Source: an uncultured Verrucomicrobiota bacterium (GTDB taxonomy: Bacteria > Verrucomicrobiota > Kiritimatiellia > RFP12 > UBA1067). From it: a stretch of 64,000 nucleotides of DNA. The position numbers and the translations under genes are program-made. The first letter of the stretch is position 1; each line of letters starts with the position of its first letter. Shown piece by piece: positions 41,005 through 50,549 of the stretch. The stretch lies in the NCBI GenBank assembly GCA_945834475.1, contig CAMAHK010000001.1, positions 18,175-82,174 on the forward strand. The letters run 5' to 3'. Under the pieces are notes generated by a model. The model was not told where the DNA came from and did no database searches. It was given only the letters and a program-made list of their open reading frames with translations.

Positions 41005-41682
41005 ATGAAGGCGTTCCACGAGTGCAAGGACTTCTCGGAAGTCCGTGCGAAGTATCCTCTCGAGAAAGTCGGCTGGGGCGGGACGCGTCGCATTTGCCTG
41101 AAGATCGGCGAAACGGGCTACTGTGTGAAATTCTACTGGCCGCGCGAATATTACGACAGCGAGCGCATCCCTGCGAAGATACGCAAGGAGATCGAGCGGA
41201 ACCGTTTTGACATTGTGCGCAACTCGTCGGCGCAAGAGGTTCGCCGTTACGAGTCGTTCTGGGTGAAACAATCGCCGTTGATTCGCTCCCATCTGTTGCC
41301 TGTCGTCGAGTTGGTCCATGATGCCGAATGGGGCTATGGCATTCTTGAGACCTACTTCACGAATCCGGACGGAATGGCGATCATCCCGTACGAGTTTGAG
41401 ATCAAACGTCAGACTTCCAAGGAAACGCAACGCGAGATTTTGCGTCAGGCGGAAGAACTTTTGGAGGTGTTGGCAAGGGTCTCGGCGCCGTTCTACGAAC
41501 CGGGCAACTTCCATACGTGGCTGCTTCCGGGCGGACGGGTTGAGACGAAGATCGTCGATTTCGAGCCGACACCGAAGACGGCGATTCCCATCGAGAAGTA
41601 CTGCGCGTTCTGGCGTCGGCTGAAACTCCGTCGCAAGGCGCGGCGATATTTGAAGCACATACGGGAGACGTATGGACTCTAA
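41005..41682 (+). CDS. YrbL-like atypical kinase-fold protein (PhoP-regulatory-network YrbL family)
   Basis: GWGGTRRICLKIGETGYCVKF resembles GTGRHRKCYAHP..CIKI. EPGNFHTWLL..KIVDFEP..IPIEKYCAFWRRLKLRRKARRY resembles PQNIL..VVCDNIG..IPLATWSKWCCLRKQERLWKRF of E. coli YrbL (recalled from memory). Confidence 0.55.
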   Translation: MKAFHECKDFSEVRAKYPLEKVGWGGTRRICLKIGETGYCVKFYWPREYYDSERIPAKIRKEIERNRFDIVRNSSAQEVRRYESFWVKQSPLIRSHLLPVVELVHDAEWGYGILETYFTNPDGMAIIPYEFEIKRQTSKETQREILRQAEELLEVLARVSAPFYEPGNFHTWLLPGGRVETKIVDFEPTPKTAIPIEKYCAFWRRLKLRRKARRYLKHIRETYGL

Positions 41683-42349
41683 GTCGATTTTCCTTTTCGT
41701 CGTCTGGTCCAGGGGGATGGACGAAGTCGAGATGCTGACGAGCAAGATCGCGGAACGCTTCACGATCCTCAAGCAGTTCGACGTCTCCTGGCGCAAGAAG
41801 GACTTCGTTCGGAACTTTGCCGCGTTCTACGGCTGGAAGTCGTGGGGCATGTGGGTCGGCAAGAAGCGTCGTTCGGGCTCGGGTCCGTTCCGCGTGATCG
41901 TCGTGCGTGACGCGCAACCGGTCTTCGAGGATCGCGAGAAGCTGGGCATTCCCGAAGCGTTTGAGAACATGAACGTCTACAATTTCAAGGTCGCGTGCCG
42001 GGCGCTGACGAAGCACTCGAACGTGCTGCATGCGTCCGTCAACGAGCCGGAGACGCGGCAGAACCTGCGCGCGATCACGGGCGAGACGCTCGAGGAGTTC
42101 CTGGCCCGCGGCGATCTCGACGGTTCGATTGATACGATCAAGGTCGACAGGCCGCTCGCGTTCGTTCCCTATCCTTATGCGGAGGAAAACGGAAAGGGCC
42201 CGAGCTTCTTCGCGGGTAAGTTCAAGCTCAACCGCGTCGAGATCTATCTCTTGCCGCGCTGCGGCGTCTCGACGGTCTTTAGCTTCAGCATTCGCCTGGG
42301 CGGACTCTTCAGCTTCGCCTTCTGTATCGGCAAGGTTAAAGTGGGGTGA
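41672..42349 (+). CDS. Small NDK-like protein, paralog 2 (longer hydrophobic C-terminal tail)
   Basis: The ATG overlaps the YrbL-like gene by 11 nt. Blocks SIFLFVVW, ERFTILKQF, NFAAFYG, SGSGPFRVIVVRD, NVLHASVNEPETRQNLRAITGETLEEFLA. The stop overlaps the GT8 ORF. Confidence 0.5.
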   Translation: MDSKSIFLFVVWSRGMDEVEMLTSKIAERFTILKQFDVSWRKKDFVRNFAAFYGWKSWGMWVGKKRRSGSGPFRVIVVRDAQPVFEDREKLGIPEAFENMNVYNFKVACRALTKHSNVLHASVNEPETRQNLRAITGETLEEFLARGDLDGSIDTIKVDRPLAFVPYPYAEENGKGPSFFAGKFKLNRVEIYLLPRCGVSTVFSFSIRLGGLFSFAFCIGKVKVG

Positions 42350-42354
42350 CAATC

Positions 42355-43341
42355 ATGGCCAACAAACGGCAGGTCTTCTTCAATTCCGACGAGCGCGGCA
42401 TCACGCTGCTTTCCGTCGCCGTCTACACGTTGCTCAAGACGAACGATCCGACGAAACCCATCGCCATTTATGTCGCGCACAATCAGGCCTTTGCCGAGAC
42501 GGGTTGCAAGGCGCGCATCCAGTCGATTGTCGACCGCTTCCCGTATGCGAGCGTTTGCTTTATAGACGTGACGGATGTCTTTGCGCGATATCGCGACACG
42601 TTTTCCATGAATGGTGCGCCCGTTCCCCTGCTTTGGGCGTTTCCCGTGTGCGACAAGTTGTTGCCGGCGGATGTGACGGGACAGATCGTCTACATCGACA
42701 TCGACATGCTGATCCGTCGCGATCTGGGCGAACTGTTCGACATGGATCTCGCGGCAGAAGGATATGTGGCGGCGGCCGTGAACGAGAGCCGCCGCGAGCA
42801 TCGTCAGTATCTCATAGACGCGGGATGGCCGGAGGAGGCGGGCTATTCGTTTAACAACGCCTGCACGGTCCTGGATCTTGATGCCTTTCGTCGCGAGAAG
42901 ATGTCCGATCAGATGATTGCTTGGTACGGGGCTCACAAGGACATCGCTATCAATACAGATCAGGATTCGCAGAACAGGGTCTATGGTGCCCGCACGAAGC
43001 GCATTCCGCCGAAGTACAACTACACGGATGGCTGGCTTGAGCGCCTCACCAAACTCAATCCCTTTGTGAAGGAATGGCGCGTGTTCCCGCCTAAAGAGAT
43101 GCTCGAGGCCATGTTGGATCCGGTCATCGTGCATTATGTCGGCAATCGCAAGCCGACGCGATGGACACACCGACCCGAGCGCAACGTCTTCCGTCGGGCG
43201 ATGAAGGAGCTGGGGCTCCTCGAGAATGGTCGGCTTCCGGAAGAGACGAATCTGAAAATCGCGATCGGCTGGTTCTTTGACGCCTATCATGCGGTGCTCA
43301 AGGCGTACGCGCGAGTGCTCTTTGTGATACGAGCTGTCTAA
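42355..43341 (+). CDS. Glycosyltransferase family 8-like
   Basis: VFFNSDERGITLLSVAVYTLL, DxD region IVYIDIDMLIRRDLGELF, NNACTVLDLDAFRRE, HYVGNRKP. Alternative GTG start at 42346. Confidence 0.7.
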   Translation: MANKRQVFFNSDERGITLLSVAVYTLLKTNDPTKPIAIYVAHNQAFAETGCKARIQSIVDRFPYASVCFIDVTDVFARYRDTFSMNGAPVPLLWAFPVCDKLLPADVTGQIVYIDIDMLIRRDLGELFDMDLAAEGYVAAAVNESRREHRQYLIDAGWPEEAGYSFNNACTVLDLDAFRREKMSDQMIAWYGAHKDIAINTDQDSQNRVYGARTKRIPPKYNYTDGWLERLTKLNPFVKEWRVFPPKEMLEAMLDPVIVHYVGNRKPTRWTHRPERNVFRRAMKELGLLENGRLPEETNLKIAIGWFFDAYHAVLKAYARVLFVIRAV

Positions 43342-43369
43342 TATTATTCAATAAGAAATCGAGGAAAAT

Positions 43370-44485
43370 ATGATTAAGTTTCTGGACCTTAAGGCGATCA
43401 ACGAACGTCAGCGCGCCGAGCTGGACGCCGCGGCCAAGCGTGTGCTGGATTCCGGCTGGTATTTGCTTGGTCAGGAAGATGCGGCCTTCGAGCGCGAGTT
43501 CGCGGCTTATTGCGGCGTGAAGCATGCGATTGCCTGCGCGAACGGCCTTGACGCGCTCAAGCTTGTCATTCAGGCGTATGGCTTCGGACCGGGCGACGAG
43601 ATTATCGCGCCGGCGAACACGTACATCGCCTCGCTGATCGCCATCAGCGCGAACGGGGCGACGCCGGTTCTCGTCGAGCCGCGCCTCGACACGTATCTCA
43701 TCGATCCCCAGCGGATTGAGGCGGCGATCACGCCGCGTACGAAGGCTATCATGGTCGTCCATCTCTACGGACGGACGTGCGACATGGCGGCGATCGCGGC
43801 GATTGCGCGACAGCACGGGCTCAAGGTCATCGAAGACTGTGCGCAGTCACATGGCGCGTACTGCGGTGAGACGCGCTGCGGCGCGCTAGGTGATGCGGCG
43901 GGCTTCTCGTTTTACCCCGGCAAGAATCTCGGCTGTCTTGGCGACGGCGGCGCGATGACGACGAACGACGATGCGCTCGCCGAGAAGCTTCGGGCGCTTC
44001 GGAACTACGGCAGCGACGTGAAGTACCACTTCCCCTATCGTGGCACGAACTCGCGACTGGACGAAATCCAGGCGGCCTATCTGCGTGTGAAGCTGCCGCT
44101 TCTGGATGCCGACAACGCCCGGCGCGTCGAGATTGCCGCGCGCTATTGCCGCGAGATTGCCAACCCGCGCATCACGCTCCCCGAAGCGCCGACTGGCAAA
44201 AAGGACAACGTCTATCATGTCTTCCCCGTGAGGACGGCGAATCGTGACGCGTTTCAGTCGTATCTGACGGAGAAGGGTGTTCAGACGGTCATTCACTACC
44301 CGATCCCGCCGCATCGGCAGCCGGCCTACACGGAATGGCACGGGCTTTCGCTGCCGATTACGGAAGAAATTCATGACACCATCATCTCTTTGCCGATCTC
44401 GCCAGTCATGACCGATGACGAGGTAGCCGCAGTGATCGCCGCTGTCAACGCCTATGAAGATCGCACTCCTGATACCAGTCTATAA
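43370..44485 (+). CDS. DegT/DnrJ/EryC1/StrS-family PLP sugar aminotransferase (FdtB/QdtB-like)
   Basis: [55 protein letters not shown] (PLP-binding Lys), HVFPV, ISLPISP. Confidence 0.85.
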   Translation: MIKFLDLKAINERQRAELDAAAKRVLDSGWYLLGQEDAAFEREFAAYCGVKHAIACANGLDALKLVIQAYGFGPGDEIIAPANTYIASLIAISANGATPVLVEPRLDTYLIDPQRIEAAITPRTKAIMVVHLYGRTCDMAAIAAIARQHGLKVIEDCAQSHGAYCGETRCGALGDAAGFSFYPGKNLGCLGDGGAMTTNDDALAEKLRALRNYGSDVKYHFPYRGTNSRLDEIQAAYLRVKLPLLDADNARRVEIAARYCREIANPRITLPEAPTGKKDNVYHVFPVRTANRDAFQSYLTEKGVQTVIHYPIPPHRQPAYTEWHGLSLPITEEIHDTIISLPISPVMTDDEVAAVIAAVNAYEDRTPDTSL

Positions 44486-45419
44486 CGCGGAGTCGTTCCT
44501 TCGCGACTGCCTCGATTCGGCGCTAGCCGCTGGAGCGCGGGTTGCCGCTGGGGGCGACGGTTTCGAGATTCATTGCCGTGACGACGGCTCGTCGGACGGT
44601 TCGTTGGCGATTCTGCGGGATTACGCGGCCGTACATCCCGAAGTCACGTTTGTCTCTCAGGCGAATGCGGGCGTCTCGGTGACGCGCAATCGGCTGATGG
44701 ACGATCTGGCGGACGACATCGATGCCCTTGCCTTCCTCGATTCGGACGACACGGTCAAGCCCGAGATGTATGCGAAGCTCGTCGAGGCGATGAAGCGGAC
44801 GGGGGCGGACATTGCCGAATGCGAGTGGGACGGCGAGGAGACGCTGGTGACGGACAAGTCGCTCTATGTTCTCAAGCGAACATCGCCGGGGCGCTGGATC
44901 AATGTCATCAACAAGCTCTACACACGTAATGTTGTTGGCTCGATTCGCTTTCGCGCGGGACTCGCGTTCGAAGAAGATCTTTTCTTCAACTTCGAGGTCC
45001 ATCAAAGGATGGAACGTAAGGTGATTGTCCCGGGGCGCTTTTATTATTATCGACCGAATCCAAACTCGGCGACGAGCACACTCAATCAGCGCAAGTACTT
45101 CGCCTCGACGACGCTGCGCATTCGTCTTTCGTGTAAAGAGTATTTGCTGACGGGGCGCATCCCCGAGAACCTCGAGGCCGAGTATCGTGCGGAGCTGGCG
45201 AAAGATGCTTACCGCATGTGTATCCGCAAGAACCTGAAGAAAAACAGGGATGCAGCATTGCGAAAGGAACTCTTTGTTGCGGCAGGTCGCTTTTTCGCTG
45301 AACTCGGGCGCGATTTCGATTTCAAACCGGTTGGACTCAATTCGATTCAACGGGCAATCTATATGGCTTGTCTTTCGGGTCGTTATCATCTAGCGACGAT
45401 GCTTGCGGTGCTGACATGA
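44454..45419 (+). CDS. Glycosyltransferase family 2
   Basis: [38 protein letters not shown]. Confidence 0.8.
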   Translation: MKIALLIPVYNAESFLRDCLDSALAAGARVAAGGDGFEIHCRDDGSSDGSLAILRDYAAVHPEVTFVSQANAGVSVTRNRLMDDLADDIDALAFLDSDDTVKPEMYAKLVEAMKRTGADIAECEWDGEETLVTDKSLYVLKRTSPGRWINVINKLYTRNVVGSIRFRAGLAFEEDLFFNFEVHQRMERKVIVPGRFYYYRPNPNSATSTLNQRKYFASTTLRIRLSCKEYLLTGRIPENLEAEYRAELAKDAYRMCIRKNLKKNRDAALRKELFVAAGRFFAELGRDFDFKPVGLNSIQRAIYMACLSGRYHLATMLAVLT

Positions 45420-45435
45420 GTTCTGGCTGATGTGT

Positions 45436-45464
45436 TTGACACCTTGGGATTGATCTGATAGAAT
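45436..45464 (+). promoter_or_regulatory. Near-consensus sigma70-type promoter TTGACA - 17 nt - TGaTAGAAT
   Basis: TTGACA at 45436-45441, TG at 45456-45457, TAGAAT at 45459-45464, all read directly. The predicted TSS near 45471 is 2 nt from the TTG at 45473 and 17 nt from the ATG at 45488. Confidence 0.5.
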
Positions 45465-45487
45465 AAAACGCGTTGAGGCGTTTGAGG

Positions 45488-46486
45488 ATGCAGATGACGA
45501 AGATACGAGTAATGGTGGGGCAGTTTGCATCGGTGGGAGATGTGATTTATGAACACCGCGCGGGATATCAGTTCACGTACGACTGTGCGTGTACGGATTA
45601 TGATTGGTTTGTGTCTTATGAAGATGTCTCCGATAAGCGTGTAGGAACATTGATCAACGGTTACGAACCGCTTCGTTGTCCGAAGGAACGAACGATCTTC
45701 TGTACGTGGGAGCCAACATCGGTCAAGAGTTATTCAAAGTCTTTTACGCGGCAGTTTGGCCATCTGCTGACGAATCGTCCGCCGGAGGCCGAGCGGCATC
45801 CGCATTACCATCTCGGACGTGGGTATTTCTTCTGGTTTAATGATCGGTCCTATCCGGAGAATGCAACCGTCGTCTTGCCTCCGAAGACGAAGTTAATCTC
45901 AGCCGTGTGCTCGAACAAGCAGATGAAGCACACGAAGCATGCGGCGCGATTTGCCTTGATGGAGACCCTTCGTCGCGAAGTTGATGGGTTCGAATGGTAT
46001 GGTCGTGGTGTACGTGCATTCGGCAAGAAGTTTGAGGTCATGGATCCGTACAAGTATCATGTTGCGATCGAGAATCACATCGGTCCGCATCATTGGACGG
46101 AAAAACTGGCCGACGCGCTTCTCTGTGAATGTCTGCCGTTCTATGCCGGCGATCCGCTGATTGGGGAGTGCCTGCCGCCGGAGTGCGTGATACCGATTCC
46201 CATTGACGATCCTGTTGAAGCCGTAAAGATCATCAAAAGTTCAATCGCCGCTGGCGAGTACGAGAAGCGGCGAGATGCGATTCTGGAAGCGAAGCGGTTG
46301 ATTCTGGAGAAGTATAATTTCTGGGATCAGATCATCGCCGTGATTGAAGCGTCGAAGGACCAGCCGGTTACGCCCGTGGATCCTGCGCATCCCATTCGGA
46401 TCTATGGGCACCATGGGCTACGAAGGCATTCGCCCCTTGCGGCGCTTGAGGATGTTTACTTGCATGCGAAACGTGGGTTTAAGTAA
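45488..46486 (+). CDS. Glycosyltransferase family 10 (fucosyltransferase)-like
   Basis: SAVCSNK....R......YGRG.....K.....YKYHVAIENHIGPHHWTEKLADALLCECLPFYAGDP resembles the GT10 C-terminal pattern (YKF.L.FENS....Y.TEK). The start is ambiguous: TTG 45473, ATG 45488, or ATG 45494 with GAGG 7 nt upstream. Confidence 0.5.
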   Translation: MQMTKIRVMVGQFASVGDVIYEHRAGYQFTYDCACTDYDWFVSYEDVSDKRVGTLINGYEPLRCPKERTIFCTWEPTSVKSYSKSFTRQFGHLLTNRPPEAERHPHYHLGRGYFFWFNDRSYPENATVVLPPKTKLISAVCSNKQMKHTKHAARFALMETLRREVDGFEWYGRGVRAFGKKFEVMDPYKYHVAIENHIGPHHWTEKLADALLCECLPFYAGDPLIGECLPPECVIPIPIDDPVEAVKIIKSSIAAGEYEKRRDAILEAKRLILEKYNFWDQIIAVIEASKDQPVTPVDPAHPIRIYGHHGLRRHSPLAALEDVYLHAKRGFK

Positions 46487-46494
46487 GGTTGTAT

Positions 46495-47346
46495 ATGCCG
46501 AAAGTATCTGTTCTAATGCCGGTTTACCGCACCCCCGAGACTTTTCTTCGGGAGGCGATAGATTCAATTCTCTCGCAGACCTATACCGACTTCGAGTTCT
46601 TGATCCTAGATGACTGTCCGGAAGATTCGCGGGAGACGATTGTCAGAAGTTATGCCGATCCTCGGATCGTCTATTTGAAGAATGAACGCAATCTGGGTAT
46701 CACGCCCTCGCGCAATCGGCTTATTGAAAGGGCTCGGGGTGACTATCTTGCCGTCTTTGACCATGACGATCTGTCACTTCCGACGCGTTTCGAAAAGCAA
46801 GTTGCGTTTCTGGACGCGCATCCGGATTATGGCGTGGTTGGTTCGTGGACGGGCTCGGTTGGACGTTCGAAGGTTTCGCGGTATCTTGAGCGCGATGAGG
46901 ATATTCGTATTACATTGATGTGGGATTGCGCCGTGGCCCACTCGGCCTCGATGATCCGGAGGTCTGTTCTCATGGACAATAATATTCGCTATGAGGACTA
47001 TTTCTCGCCAGCCGAAGATTACGGCCTTTGGTGTCGGCTTGTCGCAGTAACCAAGTTCAGCAATCTTCAGGAAGTCTTGTTCCTTCGGCGGAGTCATGGT
47101 AGCAACACGTCTAATACGCAAGCGGATCGCATGCTGGTGGGCGGTCATCGCGTGCGTGCATTGAACAAGACGGTCAATGCGGTCTTGTGGAATGAGTTTG
47201 AGATGCGGGCGGTTCGAACCTGGCGCATTCGACTCTTCGGGATCCTACCATTATTGGACATCCGTCTGGAGAATCGCAAGACCCAGATCAAATGTCTGGG
47301 ATTGCCGATCTTGAAGATCAGGTCTTGGGTGAGGATGTGGCGCTAA
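46495..47346 (+). CDS. Glycosyltransferase family 2
   Basis: VSVLMPVYRTPETFLREAIDSILSQTY, FLILDDCPEDS, FDHDD. Confidence 0.8.
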   Translation: MPKVSVLMPVYRTPETFLREAIDSILSQTYTDFEFLILDDCPEDSRETIVRSYADPRIVYLKNERNLGITPSRNRLIERARGDYLAVFDHDDLSLPTRFEKQVAFLDAHPDYGVVGSWTGSVGRSKVSRYLERDEDIRITLMWDCAVAHSASMIRRSVLMDNNIRYEDYFSPAEDYGLWCRLVAVTKFSNLQEVLFLRRSHGSNTSNTQADRMLVGGHRVRALNKTVNAVLWNEFEMRAVRTWRIRLFGILPLLDIRLENRKTQIKCLGLPILKIRSWVRMWR

Positions 47347-48164
47347 TGAAGAAGGAAACGCTAATGTTGAGAAAGAAATATGATTTTGCGTTTAGCCTAG
47401 GATCGGCCTGTTCGGCAACTCAGGCATTGCGGCAGGCCGGCCTACAGTATGCGTCGTTTCCGTTTGACTGGCTTTACGGCTCAACGCTTGTTGGACGGGC
47501 GCAGCTTATCGCCGAAGACTTTAAGGATTGGATTCGGAAAGATGCCTTGGTGGCGATAAAGCCGCCAGACGATCATAAGACAGACATCTGGGAAAATGTG
47601 GAGACGGGTATCGTTTTCAATCATGATTTTCCGAGGAATGTCCCCCTGTCGGAATCGTTTGCCGGCGTGGAAGAAAAATATCGGCGTCGGATCAGTCGAT
47701 TTCTCAACCAGATTGAGCGATCCAAGCGCATACTTGTGTTCTTCCTTGCGACACCGATTGACACGTTGACGGAAGATGCTGATTTGCTGAAGACGGTTGA
47801 GATCCTGAAACATAGGTTCCCTGGCAAGGAATTCCATTTGTTGTATGGGCACCATTTGCCCGGTGTGTCATATGCGCAGCGTCAGACAAGGGAACTGTCG
47901 CCTGAAGTCACGTCTGTTGGGTACGACTATAAGAAGAGAGGTAAGCTTTTGTATCCGTATGCGGTGGAAGCGGATGAATCGTGCAAGATTCTTGCGTCAA
48001 TATCGGTTAAAGACTATCGTTCCGCAAAAGAGAGAAGGACGTTTCGGGTGCTGAAGCGCCAACGGCGTTATGCCAAGTATGGTGCCACTTGTTTTCTGGG
48101 ATATGTTGTCGCGCGGATAGCCTCGCACATGAGGAAGCACCTCTTAAGGACAGAAAGATCATGA
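47346..48164 (+). CDS. DUF1796-like (putative papain-like cysteine peptidase family) protein, copy 1
   Basis: AFSLGSACSATQALRQAGLQYASFPFDWLYG fits the S-L-G-x-x-C ... P-F-D-W N-terminal signature. TAATG overlap with the upstream stop. Confidence 0.6.
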   Translation: MKKETLMLRKKYDFAFSLGSACSATQALRQAGLQYASFPFDWLYGSTLVGRAQLIAEDFKDWIRKDALVAIKPPDDHKTDIWENVETGIVFNHDFPRNVPLSESFAGVEEKYRRRISRFLNQIERSKRILVFFLATPIDTLTEDADLLKTVEILKHRFPGKEFHLLYGHHLPGVSYAQRQTRELSPEVTSVGYDYKKRGKLLYPYAVEADESCKILASISVKDYRSAKERRTFRVLKRQRRYAKYGATCFLGYVVARIASHMRKHLLRTERS

Positions 48165-48892
48165 CGCACACATTGGTCGTCTCGTTGGGTGGAAATTGCG
48201 CAGTTGCGCACAATCTTCGCTTTCGGGAGAAGCGCCCCTATTCTTTGCCGTTTGATTGGGTCTATCTCGTAGATGATCGGCCGATACGATTCTGGATTGA
48301 TGAAGTAGGCCGTGGGTTTCCAGATCTCTTAAGAAGAGAAAACCTGATTGAGATGCATCCTGGCGACAAGGAGTATGCGCCAGCGCATGCGGATGTAAAG
48401 CAGTATATTGACACGGCATCCGGCTATCGGTTCGTAAATCATTTTAAAGAATCGGTAGAAGTTCCTGGTGCCTATGAAACAGTCTCTGCGTCCGTGCGAA
48501 AGCGTGTCGAGCGGCTTCTTTCGGCCTTCTCGCAAGGTGGAGATTTTCTCCTTGTCCTGGCAACTCAAGTCGATGTCTCGGTTGATTTGCTGAAAAGACT
48601 TGTCGCGGTGCTTTCCGCCCGGTTTCCCAAAGCTCGTTTTACATTGCGCTATATGCACTTCGGGCAACAATCCGACGAGATTCAGACCGAGGATCAGGGT
48701 GTGGTTGTTCAGCAGGTCAGGCGCATGATGAATGACTACGACTGCCGCAAGACGAATTGGGAGTGGCGTTTTCTTGACGACATTAAAGTGAGCGAGTGCC
48801 AAAAGCGTCGCAGATGCAAGGTGTCGTTTGATGTATGGCCAAAGGTCCGGTGTGTTATTTCCTTTAAGCGTAAAGATCGGGAGGAAATATGA
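48161..48892 (+). CDS. DUF1796-like protein, copy 2
   Basis: VVSLGGNCAVAHNLRFREKRPYSLPFDWVY. ATGA overlaps at both ends. Confidence 0.6.
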   Translation: MTHTLVVSLGGNCAVAHNLRFREKRPYSLPFDWVYLVDDRPIRFWIDEVGRGFPDLLRRENLIEMHPGDKEYAPAHADVKQYIDTASGYRFVNHFKESVEVPGAYETVSASVRKRVERLLSAFSQGGDFLLVLATQVDVSVDLLKRLVAVLSARFPKARFTLRYMHFGQQSDEIQTEDQGVVVQQVRRMMNDYDCRKTNWEWRFLDDIKVSECQKRRRCKVSFDVWPKVRCVISFKRKDREEI

Positions 48893-49866
48893 TGACACCT
48901 CTTGTTTCCATACTTGTGCCGGCATATAATCACGAGCGATACATTGAACAGGCCATTCGCTCGGTCATTGAGCAGGATTGGCCGCGGCTAGAGCTTGTTC
49001 TCATCGATGATGGTTCAAAGGATGGAACATGGGATATCGCTCAACGCCTAAGGGACGAGTGCGAGCAGAGTATTGAACGCGTCGTGATGGTCCGGCGCGA
49101 GAACAAAGGCATGGTCCTGACGCTCAACGAGTTATTTGAGATGTCCCGAGGTGAGTTCGTCGCTGTTCTGGCATCCGACGACATGTATCTTCCTCGGGCG
49201 ATCTCGTCCATGATGCGTGCAATGTCGGACCCAGAAGTTGGCCTGGTGGTTGGTCAGAATGAGATTATGGATGGCGATGGCCGTCACTGCTATTGGAATA
49301 ACAATCGTGATTGTGTGTATCAAGAATCGGAGGCCAAGTATAAGACCTTCAATGAATATCTGACGGTAAAGACGGGCATTGCCGAGAATAGCCCCGGCTA
49401 CGGGAGTTACCATCAGTTCATCCGAACGAATCACATCCCCAATGGACAGCTGCTGCGCCGCACGGCTTATCAGACCGCGCTCCCTTATTCTCAGGAAACG
49501 CCGTTAGATGATGTCTGGATGCATCTGCAAGTCTCGAAGGTCGCGAAGTATCGAGCTGTGCCCGAACACACTTTTCGGTATCGGTGGCATGCGGCGAACA
49601 GCATCAAGCAGCGAGCGAGAATGGGCGAGTTTAATCGCAGGACAATGCGGCATGAGCATGAGCAGCTGGTGCGGAAGGGTGATCTGGCGCACTTGGCGGT
49701 TTTTGAAGATGGCATTAACAAAGTGCGGTGGTCATTTTCCTTGGGATGGGGGTGTGCTATAAGACGGGTTAAGAACACAATTTATCCACTGGATTATATC
49801 GAGATTGTCATAAAGAACAAACACTTCCGATTCGGCAGCAGTCACATGCAGGTTGTCGATCGCTAG
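48889..49866 (+). CDS. Glycosyltransferase family 2
   Basis: VSILVPAYNHERYIEQAIRSVIEQ, LVLIDDGSKDGT, LASDD. Confidence 0.8.
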   Translation: MMTPLVSILVPAYNHERYIEQAIRSVIEQDWPRLELVLIDDGSKDGTWDIAQRLRDECEQSIERVVMVRRENKGMVLTLNELFEMSRGEFVAVLASDDMYLPRAISSMMRAMSDPEVGLVVGQNEIMDGDGRHCYWNNNRDCVYQESEAKYKTFNEYLTVKTGIAENSPGYGSYHQFIRTNHIPNGQLLRRTAYQTALPYSQETPLDDVWMHLQVSKVAKYRAVPEHTFRYRWHAANSIKQRARMGEFNRRTMRHEHEQLVRKGDLAHLAVFEDGINKVRWSFSLGWGCAIRRVKNTIYPLDYIEIVIKNKHFRFGSSHMQVVDR

Positions 49867-49900
49867 GCGTATGGCAGATAAATAGTGTATAATACGAATC

Positions 49901-50329
49901 ATGTTGGCTAATGTTAAAGATGTTACTTTCCCTGTTAGGGGTGATGAGCGCGGTCGCCTGATCATTCAGGAGGGTGTGTCGGAACTGGTGCCGTTTGAGA
50001 TCAAGCGGACGTTTTTTATTTTTGATACGACGCCTGGGACGGTGCGTGGCAATCATGCGCATCATAGGAATCGGCAAATGCTGATTTGCACATCTGGCGC
50101 GTGTACGATTGACTGTGAGATGCCGGATGGCACCAAGAGTTCACATCGCCTTGATTGGCCGGACAAGGGTTTGCTGGTCGAAGGCATGGTCTGGCATCAG
50201 ATGAAGGAGTTCTCGAAGGACGCCGTACTTCTGGTTCTTGCGAGCGAGCACTACGATGAGTCCGATTATGTCCGCAGCTACGAGGAGTTTAGAAGAATCT
50301 GCTCTGGACGAGAGGAGGTTGGCAAATGA
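49901..50329 (+). CDS. WxcM/FdtA/QdtA-like cupin: dTDP-4-keto-6-deoxyhexose 3,4-ketoisomerase
   Basis: GDERGRLIIQE..VPFEIKRTFFIFD....VRGNHAHH....LICTSG, VLLVLASEHYDESDYVRSYEEF. A TGTATAAT box lies 7 nt upstream of the ATG. Confidence 0.75.
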   Translation: MLANVKDVTFPVRGDERGRLIIQEGVSELVPFEIKRTFFIFDTTPGTVRGNHAHHRNRQMLICTSGACTIDCEMPDGTKSSHRLDWPDKGLLVEGMVWHQMKEFSKDAVLLVLASEHYDESDYVRSYEEFRRICSGREEVGK

Positions 50330-50549
50330 AAGTCGAGTTGTTTACAGTCTGTGACGGCGCATTCAATTCCCACGGACACTTGACAATCGGCGAGTAGTCC
50401 ACTTGCAGAAGCGTGTTAGGATCGGCGATTACGTGGATCATCTTGTCCTTTATAAAGGCCATGTGTATCTTGCAGATCATGGGCGTGAGGTCGCGCTGCG
50501 TCCTGACGGAAATGTTGAGGTAATTTAGCACTTGTGAAAGGCTTTGCGC

